From Candidatus Rokuibacteriota bacterium (GTDB lineage: Bacteria; Methylomirabilota; Methylomirabilia; Rokubacteriales; CSP1-6): a DNA stretch of 64,000 bases. The stretch covers positions 6,925 to 70,924 of the forward strand of contig QHSP01000041.1 in the NCBI GenBank assembly GCA_003220495.1, in the 5' to 3' direction. This document shows positions 27,143 through 36,015 of this stretch, in pieces. Under the pieces are notes generated by a model. The model was given only the letters and a program-made list of their open reading frames with translations. It searched no databases and was not told the DNA's origin. The translations under genes were made by a program, and so were the position numbers. Numbering within the stretch: the first letter of the stretch is position 1; every line of letters starts with the position of its first letter.

Positions 27143-28165
27143 TCACCCGATGACAGCAAGATTTTTCCAGAAGCGCTCCAGGCTCTCGTCGCCGCCGAAC
27201 AAGGTACTGAAGATTGTCGAGTCGGCCATCAGGATGTGGCCCGCCCGGGCCCCACTCGGGGGCATCCAGACGAACATGTTGAACTCTCGGTTGCCCGCCT
27301 CGGTGAAGGGATGCGGCCGGGAGAGGTCGATCGGCTGTCTCGCCAGCACGTGGATCGATTTCGTATCGTCGGTCGTGATCGCATAGTGGGGCAGATGCAT
27401 GTGGAAGTTGAAGTTAGTGACCCCGTGGAGCCAGCCGCAGGTATCCAGGTCCCTCATGGCCGACAACGGCGTGATGCGGTTTGTTCCGGAGATCGATGCG
27501 GGACGGAGACCGTAGCGGTTCTCGACGGGCACTCCGAGCCCCCGCATCAGGCCACACGTGTACGTGCCGAAGCGTTGCTGGCGGGGTACCAGCGCGTCGC
27601 CGTGGTGAGCGTATTCCATGTCACGCTCCTTCAAATCGGACGAAGCGCCGACGTCGTGGTGTGGCCCGATGATCAGACACGTGCCTTCGCGCGTGAGAAA
27701 CTGCCGCACAGCCTCGATTTCCTCCGGCGCGGTTTCCTGCTGTGTGACCATGTGGTCCAGGCCGAACACGAGCAGCGTATCCGTGTCGGCGAGGACGCGC
27801 TCATCGAGTGGAAGTTTGGTGCCGGCCTGGTCGACCCGCTGATAGACAGCGACCGGATGCCCCGTGATCTCGCCGACGACCTGCTGAAACGGCACCCACG
27901 CTAGGAAGAACAGTTCCAGCGATCCGGCGATACCGCGCTGGAACAGCAACGGATCCGAAAAGCGTGGCGCTTCGAACGCGGGCCAGCCCACCCTGCGCAC
28001 CTCGAGCATGGTGGAGAAGCGATTGTCCAGCTCGGTCACGTCCCGGTTGGCTTCTCCGGGAAAGCTCCACGAAATATAAATGCTGAAGCGCCGCTTACCC
28101 GGCGTGTGACGTCGCGGCACGTGGGTCTGGTTGTAGGTCCGCCCGAGTTGGCTCGAAGTGCTCAT
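27143..28165 (-). CDS. Hypothetical cytoplasmic protein (no family recognised)
   Basis: 340-aa ORF, the only long ORF in this interval, co-directional and 35 nt downstream of the DyP gene. No signal peptide. The segment TLLVFGLDH..EIEAVRQFLTREGTCLIIGPHHDVG is faintly reminiscent of ThuA/class-I-amidotransferase-like folds. Confidence 0.6.
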   Translation of the reverse strand: MSTSSQLGRTYNQTHVPRRHTPGKRRFSIYISWSFPGEANRDVTELDNRFSTMLEVRRVGWPAFEAPRFSDPLLFQRGIAGSLELFFLAWVPFQQVVGEITGHPVAVYQRVDQAGTKLPLDERVLADTDTLLVFGLDHMVTQQETAPEEIEAVRQFLTREGTCLIIGPHHDVGASSDLKERDMEYAHHGDALVPRQQRFGTYTCGLMRGLGVPVENRYGLRPASISGTNRITPLSAMRDLDTCGWLHGVTNFNFHMHLPHYAITTDDTKSIHVLARQPIDLSRPHPFTEAGNREFNMFVWMPPSGARAGHILMADSTIFSTLFGGDESLERFWKNLAVIG

Positions 28166-28200
28166 CTCACGACCGTCCCTTCGTCATCGTTCACAAAAAT

Positions 28201-29544
28201 TCAGCTCTGGCGACCATCGCCGAGCGTTGCAAGGTATCGAAGCGCTTTGAGTCCGGGCAGAAAGAAGTAAGCGCCCCCCCGCGCACGAGTGAAGGCCGGC
28301 AGGCCCGTGATCTTCTTCCGGATCGGACGCTTGGGGATTTTGTATTCCAGCGTGCCGTCCTGATTGCCAATGATCGGATCACGCTCGTTGCCGAGCTCGT
28401 GAAAGTTCTTGTCGTTCGCCCAGACATTTTGTGCGAACTCGAACTGGCGGATCAGGCTCGCACAGATCACGAAGGCCGCGATGCCACGCTCCACGCCATC
28501 CTCGGAGGCGTCGTCCGGAAGGTGTGTGCCGTAGGTCGCGCCGCGGCGGATCATTCTCCTCCGGTTCATGTTGGCGGCGGTGTCCCGTGGATTCATGCGG
28601 CGGCAATGGGAGCCGAGCGGCACGGCATACCCGTGCGGGTCCATTTCCTTGTAGTTGAAGTCGTTGTTCCGCTGCATGTCCGCCCCGAGCGCCGGATCGT
28701 CTTTGTCGGGCGCCAGCACCAATGGCGCGCCGCTGCGCCAACGCCCCATGAGCTTCGCGGCCACCAGCTCTTGCTCCTCGGGCGTCCGTCCGTGCTGACG
28801 CAGGAAATCACGAAACGCGCCGACGTGCTCCTGCAGCCGGCGATAGGCCATGTAGCTGCCATTGCGGGAGAGGATCTCGGGCTGTGGAAGGTTCGCCGGC
28901 GGACCATCTTCGTCGGGGTAGCCCAGGATGAACTCGCCGGGCTTCAGCGGCGCGCCGGAGCCGGGCGTCGGCTCCTCGCCCGATCCTTCGATGATCGGCT
29001 GCGAGAGCCGGTCGCGGTAGCCAAAGTGATCGTGCGCGTAGTCGAAAGGAGGCGTTGCCTCGAGGTCCAAGGACGAGAGCACCGTGACTCCGTTCAACTG
29101 CGCGATGAGTTTTTGGTGCTCTGACCGAGACCGCTCGCGCTCTACGGCGTCCCGAGCGAACAAAATGACGATCGCGTGAAGCTCCGGGCTGGCGAGGCCC
29201 CCGACCCAGGTATCAGGATGATTCGCGCCGGTATCGCCGAGGATCTCCGCGCGGGCCGTCATGCCCTGCCGGAACTCCTCGGGAAACGTGGCCAGCGACG
29301 CCACATTCAACCCAAGCGCGCGCAAGCCATTCCAGGTGAATGCGACGGACACCCATCGCTTATTCGTCTCAACCGATGCACGGGCCTGTTGCGCCGATTG
29401 CACCTTTTCTCGAATCGCGGCCACCCAGGCCCGTCCGGCGGCCGCGTTGCGGAACGACAGAAATTCGTATCGTCCCGTGAGCGCCGGCACGCGCGTCAAG
29501 AGAATGTGCTGGATGTCGTCGAACGCAAGCACGTCGCGCCTCAC
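28201..29544 (-). CDS. Dye-decolorizing (DyP-type) heme peroxidase, long form
   Basis: 447 aa: FDDIQHILL...HAIVILFA...DHFGYRDRLSQP...PLGSHCRRMNPRD (proximal His motif)...RRG..YG...GI.F.C....I..QFEF.Q..W. Confidence 0.85.
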   Translation of the reverse strand: MRRDVLAFDDIQHILLTRVPALTGRYEFLSFRNAAAGRAWVAAIREKVQSAQQARASVETNKRWVSVAFTWNGLRALGLNVASLATFPEEFRQGMTARAEILGDTGANHPDTWVGGLASPELHAIVILFARDAVERERSRSEHQKLIAQLNGVTVLSSLDLEATPPFDYAHDHFGYRDRLSQPIIEGSGEEPTPGSGAPLKPGEFILGYPDEDGPPANLPQPEILSRNGSYMAYRRLQEHVGAFRDFLRQHGRTPEEQELVAAKLMGRWRSGAPLVLAPDKDDPALGADMQRNNDFNYKEMDPHGYAVPLGSHCRRMNPRDTAANMNRRRMIRRGATYGTHLPDDASEDGVERGIAAFVICASLIRQFEFAQNVWANDKNFHELGNERDPIIGNQDGTLEYKIPKRPIRKKITGLPAFTRARGGAYFFLPGLKALRYLATLGDGRQS

Positions 29545-30107
29545 TGCATCTGGTCGAGCATGTCGGAGAGCGCCGCCTTCACCCTGAGGGCCTTCTTGAT
29601 CTCATCGGCGCTGACCCAGGGATATTCGCCGTACTCCAAGAAGCTCGGCCGCTGATGATCGCGCATGAACTTGATAAAGGCCGGAACGTTCGTTCGCCAG
29701 TCCTCGGGGAAGCCCTCGAGATTGACGAAGACGGTGGTGATGCCGGTCTTCGAGAAAAGGGCGACGGCGTCTTCGGTGTACTTGTCGAAGTCCGTATCGA
29801 AGATGCCCTGATACATGAAGTACGTGTCGCCCTTGATTTCGAAGAGGACCCAGCGCAGGTAGTGGAGCTTGAGCACCTCGAGGCAGTGTGGATCCCCCGC
29901 GACGGCCGCCTCGATGCTCTTACCGTAGTCGCGGACCGCTTGCTCGCGGCCAGGCTTCACCTTCGCGATGATCGTGAAGCCATGGCACGCGGGGGTACGA
30001 GGATAGAGTGGACCGTATCGTCCCTGTTCAAGCTTAAGGTATCCCTCCTTCGGAATCGCCGTCGCCGCGGGTCTCGACCAGTCGCGCTGTTGAGCTGTGT
30101 CGGTCAT
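29541..30107 (-). CDS. Hypothetical protein translationally coupled to DyP
   Basis: Start chosen at ATG 30107 (GGGAGA 5 nt upstream): MTDTAQQRDW... The track TTG start at 30140 is less likely. 188 aa, with its stop overlapping the DyP start by 4 nt. The alpha+beta pattern (HGFTIIAKVKPGREQAV...YFMYQGIFDTDFDKY...) suggests a ferredoxin-like barrel. No family assigned. Confidence 0.6.
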   Translation of the reverse strand: MTDTAQQRDWSRPAATAIPKEGYLKLEQGRYGPLYPRTPACHGFTIIAKVKPGREQAVRDYGKSIEAAVAGDPHCLEVLKLHYLRWVLFEIKGDTYFMYQGIFDTDFDKYTEDAVALFSKTGITTVFVNLEGFPEDWRTNVPAFIKFMRDHQRPSFLEYGEYPWVSADEIKKALRVKAALSDMLDQMQ

Positions 30108-30158
30108 GTCTGTCTCCCTTTCTTTTCGTTCTACGATCAACGCCGTCCGGGTTGCGTT

Positions 30159-30989
30159 CTAGTCACGCGCCAGCATCCGCGAGAGCGGCATGAGAACGAA
30201 CAAACCGACAATCGCGACGACGACGACCATGACGACCACTTTGGGGTCGCGGAAACTCTGGCTGCCCACAACGAGCGCGGCGGCAATATTACGCTGCGCG
30301 GTGCCCAGGGCCAGGACCCGCCGAGTCTCGGCGCCTGGGCCTCCCAACAACCACCCCACGCCAAAACCGATGGCGATGAAGAGCAGCCCGGCCAAGATGC
30401 CGCGCGTGCCGAAGAAGGCCAGCACGTTGCTGACGTTCGCCACGGTGATCAGCACCACCAGCAGAATCAGACTCAGGCTGGACACTCGATCGAGCACGGG
30501 TTTCACGCGCGAGGCGGCTATCGCGAAACGGGCCCTGACGGCTAACGCAGCGGCAAGCGGAAGCAGCATGAGCAGAAACAGCGAACGGGCGATCTTCGCC
30601 GGATTCACAGAAACTCCCGGCAGCAGGAACGGCAGCACGAGCGGTAAGTAGCCCACCGTGACCACCATCAACAGCACCATGGACCCGACGGCGAAGGCCA
30701 GGTCGCCATCTGCAATCTGCGCCAATTTCGGCAGAAACGGCGCGCCGGCCGCGCAGCCCAGAAGCAACAGGCCTACGCCGAGCGGCTGGTCGAGCCTCAA
30801 CAACGTGGCGAGCGCAACGGCACCGAGCGGCATCAAGACAAAATTCGCCAGCAGCGATAGCGCCACCAATCGAGCACTGCGGAGCGGCGCGACGATTTGG
30901 GCGAGCGTGAGACCTAAACCGATCGCCAGCATGCTGGAGAGCACGAAGGCAAGCATTGCGACGGTGGCCGCCTTCTGAATCAACTCCAT
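30159..30989 (-). CDS. Bile acid:Na+ symporter (BASS/SBF) family transporter
   Basis: 276 aa, about 8-9 TM: LSSMLAIGLGLT...LLANFVLMPL...LLLLGCAAGAPF...LGTAQRNIAAAL. Confidence 0.85.
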   Translation of the reverse strand: MELIQKAATVAMLAFVLSSMLAIGLGLTLAQIVAPLRSARLVALSLLANFVLMPLGAVALATLLRLDQPLGVGLLLLGCAAGAPFLPKLAQIADGDLAFAVGSMVLLMVVTVGYLPLVLPFLLPGVSVNPAKIARSLFLLMLLPLAAALAVRARFAIAASRVKPVLDRVSSLSLILLVVLITVANVSNVLAFFGTRGILAGLLFIAIGFGVGWLLGGPGAETRRVLALGTAQRNIAAALVVGSQSFRDPKVVVMVVVVAIVGLFVLMPLSRMLARD

Positions 30990-31260
30990 GGATGCCTCTT
31001 ATCAGGGCCGGGTTGCCCTAGGCTATAGGACCTTGGGCCTGCGCCCAACCCACTTCGATCGCCACGGTGCATACAACGGGGCAACGTTTGCGCGCGACCG
31101 GATTCAACTCCCCACCACGCACACGCCCGTTGCTCAGCGTCGGCGACCGCGCGCTACATTCCCGTAGTCGTGATGCGTAACATCCTGCTTTTCCGGGACG
31201 TAGGCGGTACGCCACGCATACGGACCTCCTTTGCGGCTACCCTAGCACTGATTCATAGTC

Positions 31261-31305
31261 GCGCCTCGGCCGGGGGGCCCCAGCCCCGCGACGGCCTGGA
31301 GCGCG
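31261..31305 (-). repeat. Single copy of the REP-like hairpin element (inverted orientation)
   Basis: GCGCCTCGGCCGGGGGGCCCCAGCCCCGCGACGGCCTGGAGCGCG matches the reverse complement of the 21667 unit. Intergenic between the BASS leader and the MBL gene. Confidence 0.65.
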
Positions 31306-31329
31306 TATAACGAACGGGGAGGTACGGCG

Positions 31330-32196
31330 ATGCAGACGATGAAGCTCGGCGAGGTGAGGATTTCCCGTGTGATCGAGATCGATCGGTCGTCGTTTCCGAC
31401 CGCGTCCATGCTGCCCGGCTCGAACGCCGACGTGATCGCCGGTCATCACCGCTGGCTCAAGCCGCACTTCTTCGATGAGCGGACGGGCGACCTCGCCTCG
31501 CGCATCCAGACCTACGTCGTGCGGACGCCGCGTCACACGATCCTCATCGACACGGGCGTCGGCAACGACAAGGCGCGGACCCTCGCGCCCGCCTGGAACA
31601 TGAGGACCGGCACCTATCTCGACGACCTCGCCGCGCTCGGCGTCACGCCCGAGCAGGTGGACTTCGTCGTGTGCACCCATCTGCACGTCGACCACGTCGG
31701 CTGGAACACGCGCTGGAAGGAGGGGCGCTGGGTGCCGACCTTCCCGAAGGCGAAGTACGTCATCGCCGGCGCGGAGTGGGAGTTCTGGAAGTACGAGAAC
31801 GACTCCGGCAAGGAAGAATCCGGATGCATCGCCGACAGCGTCGTGCCGGTGGTCGAGGCGGGCCAGGCGCTGCTCGTCGACAGCGACTTCAAGATCGGCG
31901 AGCACCTCCGCTTCGAGCCGTGGGTCGGCCACACGCCCGGCCACGTGTGCGTGCGCCTCACGACGTCGGCCGGGAGCGCTGTCTTCTCCGGCGATCTCAT
32001 GCACCGCACGGTGCAGGTCGCCGAGCCCCAGTGGTCGAGCCGCTTCTGCTACGACCCGGCCCAGGCGCGCGACACGCGGCGCGCGTTCGTCGAGCGTCAC
32101 GCGGATTCGGGCACGATGATCCTGGCCGGGCACTTCCCGCATCCCGGCTTCATCGTCAAGGAGGGTGGCGGCTACCGCTTCAGGCTTCCGGGCTGA
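31330..32196 (+). CDS. MBL-fold metallo-hydrolase (lactonase-like)
   Basis: 288 aa: ILIDTGVG...VVCTHLHVDHVGWN (HxHxDH)...GHTPGH... Confidence 0.8.
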   Translation: MQTMKLGEVRISRVIEIDRSSFPTASMLPGSNADVIAGHHRWLKPHFFDERTGDLASRIQTYVVRTPRHTILIDTGVGNDKARTLAPAWNMRTGTYLDDLAALGVTPEQVDFVVCTHLHVDHVGWNTRWKEGRWVPTFPKAKYVIAGAEWEFWKYENDSGKEESGCIADSVVPVVEAGQALLVDSDFKIGEHLRFEPWVGHTPGHVCVRLTTSAGSAVFSGDLMHRTVQVAEPQWSSRFCYDPAQARDTRRAFVERHADSGTMILAGHFPHPGFIVKEGGGYRFRLPG

Positions 32197-32275
32197 CGCG
32201 ATCGTCAGGACGCGAGCGCGGGCTTGCGCTCGAACCACGGGCGCGCCGCTTCCAGCGGGCCCATGTGCGAGCATA

Positions 32276-33577
32276 ATGAGCCGATCCTCCATGAGCAATC
32301 TCCAGGAGATCGACCGCCACAGTCACAATCCGCTCGTCCGCTATTTCAGGATTCTCGGGCCGGGGCTCGTGACCGGCGCGGCGGACGACGATCCGAGCGG
32401 GATCACGACGTATTCGGTCGCGGGCGCCTCGCTGGGGTACGGAATGCTCTGGATGGCGCTGGCGACGTTTCCGCTGATGGCGGCCGTGCAGCTCATCTGC
32501 GCGCGGATCGGCCTCGTCACCGGCCGCGGCCTGGCGGGCGCGATCCGTCAGCACTACCCGCGTCCATTCCTCTATCTCGCGTGCCTGCTGCTGCTGGTCG
32601 CCAACGTGTTCAACATCGCCGCCGATCTGTCGGGCATGGCCGACGTCACGCACATGCTGATCGGCGTGCCTCCCCTCGTCTCCGTGCCCGTGCTCGGGCT
32701 CGCCATCCTGCTCACGACGATCTATGCGACCTACGCGACCTTCGCTCAGTACCTCAAGTGGCTGACCGCTGCACTGTTCGCCTACGTGGTGACCGCGTTC
32801 CTCGCAAGACCCGACTGGCGGCAGGTCGCCCTCGCGACTCTCGAGCCGCGGCTCAGCTGGGACCCGCTCTACGTGACGACCATGGTCGCCGTGCTCGGGA
32901 CGACCATCTCGCCGTATCTCTTCTTCTGGCAGGCGTCGCAGGAGGTCGAGGAGGAGAAGGCCCTGGGCCGGCGCACTGTGACCCAGCGGCGCGGCGCAAC
33001 CGCGCACGAGCTGGCCGACGCACGACTCGATGTCGCCACGGGCATGTTCTTCTCCAACCTCGTCATGTTCTTCATCATCCTCGCGACCGCCGGGACCTTG
33101 CACGCCGCCGGACAGACTCAGATCGAGAGCGCGCGGCAGGCTGCGGAGGCGCTACGGCCGCTGGCTGGGGACGGCGCGTATCTCCTCTTCGCGATCGGAC
33201 TGATCGGCACGGGGCTTCTGGCCGTGCCCGTCCTGGCCGGATCCGCGTCGTTCGCGATCGCGGAGCTTTTTCGCTGGCGCGCGGGACTCGACCTGACGCC
33301 CCGGCGCGGTCGGCGCTTCTACCTGCTCTTCGCCGGCGCCGTGGTCGCGGGCATGGCGCTGAACCTCACGGGAGCGAATCCGATCCGCATGCTCTTTCTC
33401 TCCGCCGTGCTCAACGGGCTCCTGGCGCCGCCGCTCCTCCTGCTCGTGATGCTGGTCGGCAACAACAAGGCGATCATGGGCGAGCACGCCAACGGCCGCT
33501 GGCTCAACCTGCTCGGCTGGCTGGCGACCGCCGTCATGTTCTTCGCGGCGATCGCCTTCTTCGCGACCGTGCTCTGA
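32276..33577 (+). CDS. Nramp-family divalent cation transporter with non-canonical metal-site motifs
   Basis: MSRSSMSNLQEIDRH...LGPGLVTGAADDDPSGITTYS...; 11-12 TM. The TM1 motif reads DPSG (canonical DPGN) and the TM6 motif reads ISPY (canonical MPH). The start could also be ATG 32291. Confidence 0.85.
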   Translation: MSRSSMSNLQEIDRHSHNPLVRYFRILGPGLVTGAADDDPSGITTYSVAGASLGYGMLWMALATFPLMAAVQLICARIGLVTGRGLAGAIRQHYPRPFLYLACLLLLVANVFNIAADLSGMADVTHMLIGVPPLVSVPVLGLAILLTTIYATYATFAQYLKWLTAALFAYVVTAFLARPDWRQVALATLEPRLSWDPLYVTTMVAVLGTTISPYLFFWQASQEVEEEKALGRRTVTQRRGATAHELADARLDVATGMFFSNLVMFFIILATAGTLHAAGQTQIESARQAAEALRPLAGDGAYLLFAIGLIGTGLLAVPVLAGSASFAIAELFRWRAGLDLTPRRGRRFYLLFAGAVVAGMALNLTGANPIRMLFLSAVLNGLLAPPLLLLVMLVGNNKAIMGEHANGRWLNLLGWLATAVMFFAAIAFFATVL

Positions 33578-33591
33578 CGGCCCCTGAGCCT

Positions 33592-34119
33592 ATGACGGCG
33601 ACGGAGAATCGGTCGGCGCTCTTCGTGATCGGCGGTATCTCGCTCGCGGTCGTGCTGGTCGTCGGCTACCTGCTGCTCGGCCACCGGGCCGAGCCCGGCG
33701 CCGGCGCCCTCGTGGTCGGCCTGCCGCTGCTCAACGCGTGCCTCAACGCGACGAGCGCCGCCTTGCTCACCGCGGGCTGGTTCTTCATCCGGCGCCGGCG
33801 CGTGACCGCCCACAAGACGTGCATGGTCTCGGCGCTCGCGGTCTCGATCGTGTTCCTGGTCTCCTACGTGACCTATCACTCCCTCGCCGGCTCGCGCCCC
33901 TTCGCCGGAACGGGGTGGATCCGCCTCGTGTACTATCCGATGCTCGTCTCGCACATCGTGCTGGCCGCGGCGATCGCTCCGCTGGCGCTCACGACTGTCT
34001 ACCGCGCGCTCCAGGGGAGCTTCGCGCGACACGTGCGGATCGCCCGCTGGACCTTGCCGATCTGGCTCTACGTGTCGGTGACCGGCGTGCTCGTCTACTG
34101 GATGCTCTACCGGCTCTGA
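33592..34119 (+). CDS. DUF420-family membrane protein
   Basis: 175 aa, 4 TM: ..NACLNATSAALLTAGWFFIRRRRVTAHK...YHSLAG...MLVSHIVLAA...IARWTLPIWLYVSVTGVLVYWMLY. Confidence 0.7.
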   Translation: MTATENRSALFVIGGISLAVVLVVGYLLLGHRAEPGAGALVVGLPLLNACLNATSAALLTAGWFFIRRRRVTAHKTCMVSALAVSIVFLVSYVTYHSLAGSRPFAGTGWIRLVYYPMLVSHIVLAAAIAPLALTTVYRALQGSFARHVRIARWTLPIWLYVSVTGVLVYWMLYRL

Positions 34120-34246
34120 GCGTCGATCCACTCGCCCGTGCGATCTCCGGTGAGGAGGCCGCTCTTGGTGTGAAACCGCGCCTGCTGGCCCGAGGGCAGG
34201 TGCCGACCTGCGTGATCCGGAGGCTCACGGGTGCTAGAGTCCAGGC

Positions 34247-35410
34247 ATGATCGCCGCCGGAACCGGTCTCGCCGTCGGCGGCGCGGCCGACAACGCCGCC
34301 CTCGAGGCCTCGCTCGAAGCGATCGAGCGAAGCGGAGCCGCCCGCGCCGACCTCGCGCTGGTCTTCGTCACCGGCGACGCCCACACGCGCGCGCACGAGG
34401 CCCTTCACGCCGTCCGTCGCGTGACCGGCGCGCCCATCGTCGTCGGCTGCAGCGGGACGGGGATCCTGACCGAGCGGCGCGAAGTCGAGGACGACCTGGC
34501 GGTCGCGGTGCTCGCGGTGCGCTGCGAGCGTCTGGTCGCGACGCCATTTTCGTTCGAGCGCCAGGGCGAGCGGCGGGACCTCGGCGCCGAGCTCGCCCAG
34601 CGGATCGGCCCGACCGTCGCCGAAGGCGGGTGCGCGCTCGTGCTGCCGGACGCCATGGGCTGCAATCCGCCGGCGCTCCTCACTCAGCTTCACGATGCGC
34701 TCGGCTTCCTGCCGGTGCTCGGCGCGGTCGCGGCGGGCGCCCCGATGTTCGAGCTGTACAACACCGACGCCGTCGAGGGCGCGCTCGTCGGGGTCGCGCT
34801 CTCGGGGCTCGCGCCGGTCATCGGCGTGACGCAGGGCTGCACGCCGATCGGCGAGCCGTACGTCATCACGCACGCCGAGGCGAACGTGATCCAGCGAATC
34901 GGCAGCCGCCCGGCGCTGGAGATGCTCTCCGAAGCCATCCGCGCCAATCCGGAGACGGAAGCGCGCATCCGTCAGGCCGGCGTGTTCGCGGGACTCGCGA
35001 TGGATCCCGCCAAATCCCCGCTCGAGCGCGGTGACTTCCTCGTGCGCAATCTCGTGGGCGCCGACCAGTCGAACGGCGCGCTCGCGGTCGCCGAGCGCGT
35101 GCGAGTCGGACAGACGCTGCAGTTCCAGATCCGCGACGCCCAGGCGTCGCGCGAGGACCTCCGCGAGATGCTCGACGAGCTGGCGGAACGCCTCCACGGT
35201 CGGCGACCGGCCTTCGGCTGCTACTTCGACTGCGCCGGTCGTGGCCGCGGGCTCTTCGGCGTGCCCGATCACGACGTGACGCTGGTCCGCGAGCGCCTCG
35301 GCGAATTTCCGCTCGTCGGATTCTTCGGCAACGGTGAGTTCGCGCCGGTCGGCCGCCGGAACTTCTTCCACAACTACACGGGCGCGCTCGTGATCTTCCC
35401 CGAGGCTTGA
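34247..35410 (+). CDS. FIST-domain (FIST_N + FIST_C) putative sensor protein
   Basis: 387 aa: DLALVFVT....IVGCSGTGIL...GVTQGCTPIG...RNLVG...GQTLQFQIRD...FDCAGRG..LFG..DHD...GFFGNGEF. Confidence 0.8.
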   Translation: MIAAGTGLAVGGAADNAALEASLEAIERSGAARADLALVFVTGDAHTRAHEALHAVRRVTGAPIVVGCSGTGILTERREVEDDLAVAVLAVRCERLVATPFSFERQGERRDLGAELAQRIGPTVAEGGCALVLPDAMGCNPPALLTQLHDALGFLPVLGAVAAGAPMFELYNTDAVEGALVGVALSGLAPVIGVTQGCTPIGEPYVITHAEANVIQRIGSRPALEMLSEAIRANPETEARIRQAGVFAGLAMDPAKSPLERGDFLVRNLVGADQSNGALAVAERVRVGQTLQFQIRDAQASREDLREMLDELAERLHGRRPAFGCYFDCAGRGRGLFGVPDHDVTLVRERLGEFPLVGFFGNGEFAPVGRRNFFHNYTGALVIFPEA

Positions 35411-35998
35411 GTGCGCGGCCTCGAGCAGATCCCGTGGCTCTACGACGGGCTCTGCGCGGTGCTGGAGCGCACGGGTCTGGGCCCGTGGCGTCGGTGGCTG
35501 GCGGGCGGCGCGCGCGGGCGAACGCTCGACGTCGGGTGTGGAACCGGTCGCGGGCTGCCGCTCTACGGCCCGGACGTGCGGGCGATCGGCCTCGATCCGG
35601 GGTGGGATTCGCTCGGTCGCGCGCGCCGTCGAGCGCCCGGTGTGCCGCTGGTGCAGGGGCGCGCCGAGGCCTTACCGTTTCGGGGCGGGACGTTCGACAC
35701 GGTCGTCGCGAGCCTGGTCTTCTGCAGCGTGGCCGAGCCCGCGCGCGGGCTTGCCGAGGTCAAGCGCGTGCTGCGGCCCGATGGCCGGTTGCGAATGCTC
35801 GAGCACGTTCGCTCGCGCCGGGCGTGGAAGGCGGCGCTCCAGGACCGCGTGCAGCCGATCTGGACGTGGGCCAGCGGCGGCTGCCACCCCAATCGCGACA
35901 CCGAGCGAGCGGTGGAGGCCGCCGGCTTCGTGATCGACGCCGAAGATCGAGCCGAGCTGGCCGACCTGCGGCGGTTCTCGGCGCACGCGTTCGACTAG
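35411..35998 (+). CDS. Class I SAM-dependent methyltransferase
   Basis: GTG start immediately after the FIST stop. LDVGCGTGRGL (motif I)...FDTVVASLVFCSV...VLRPDGRLRMLEH. Confidence 0.8.
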   Translation: MRGLEQIPWLYDGLCAVLERTGLGPWRRWLAGGARGRTLDVGCGTGRGLPLYGPDVRAIGLDPGWDSLGRARRRAPGVPLVQGRAEALPFRGGTFDTVVASLVFCSVAEPARGLAEVKRVLRPDGRLRMLEHVRSRRAWKAALQDRVQPIWTWASGGCHPNRDTERAVEAAGFVIDAEDRAELADLRRFSAHAFD

Positions 35999-36015
35999 AG
36001 CCGCGCCGGGCTCTT

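Noticed and set aside
30990-31200. Cobalamin riboswitch in the BASS leader (minus strand GGGGAGTTGAATCCGGTCGCGCGCAAACGTTG resembles the GGGAA..GGTGAAAATCC..CCCGC..CTGT core).
   Set aside because: The match is only partial. No convincing B12 box (GCCACTG) or pairing architecture could be traced by eye. It is left as an unexplained long leader.
31018-31215. 65-aa minus-strand ORF in the BASS leader.
   Set aside because: The composition looks like arbitrary translation of structured GC-rich leader sequence, with no recognisable family and no hydrophobic or domain pattern. Only the shorter SD-proximal 20-codon uORF is mentioned, at low confidence.
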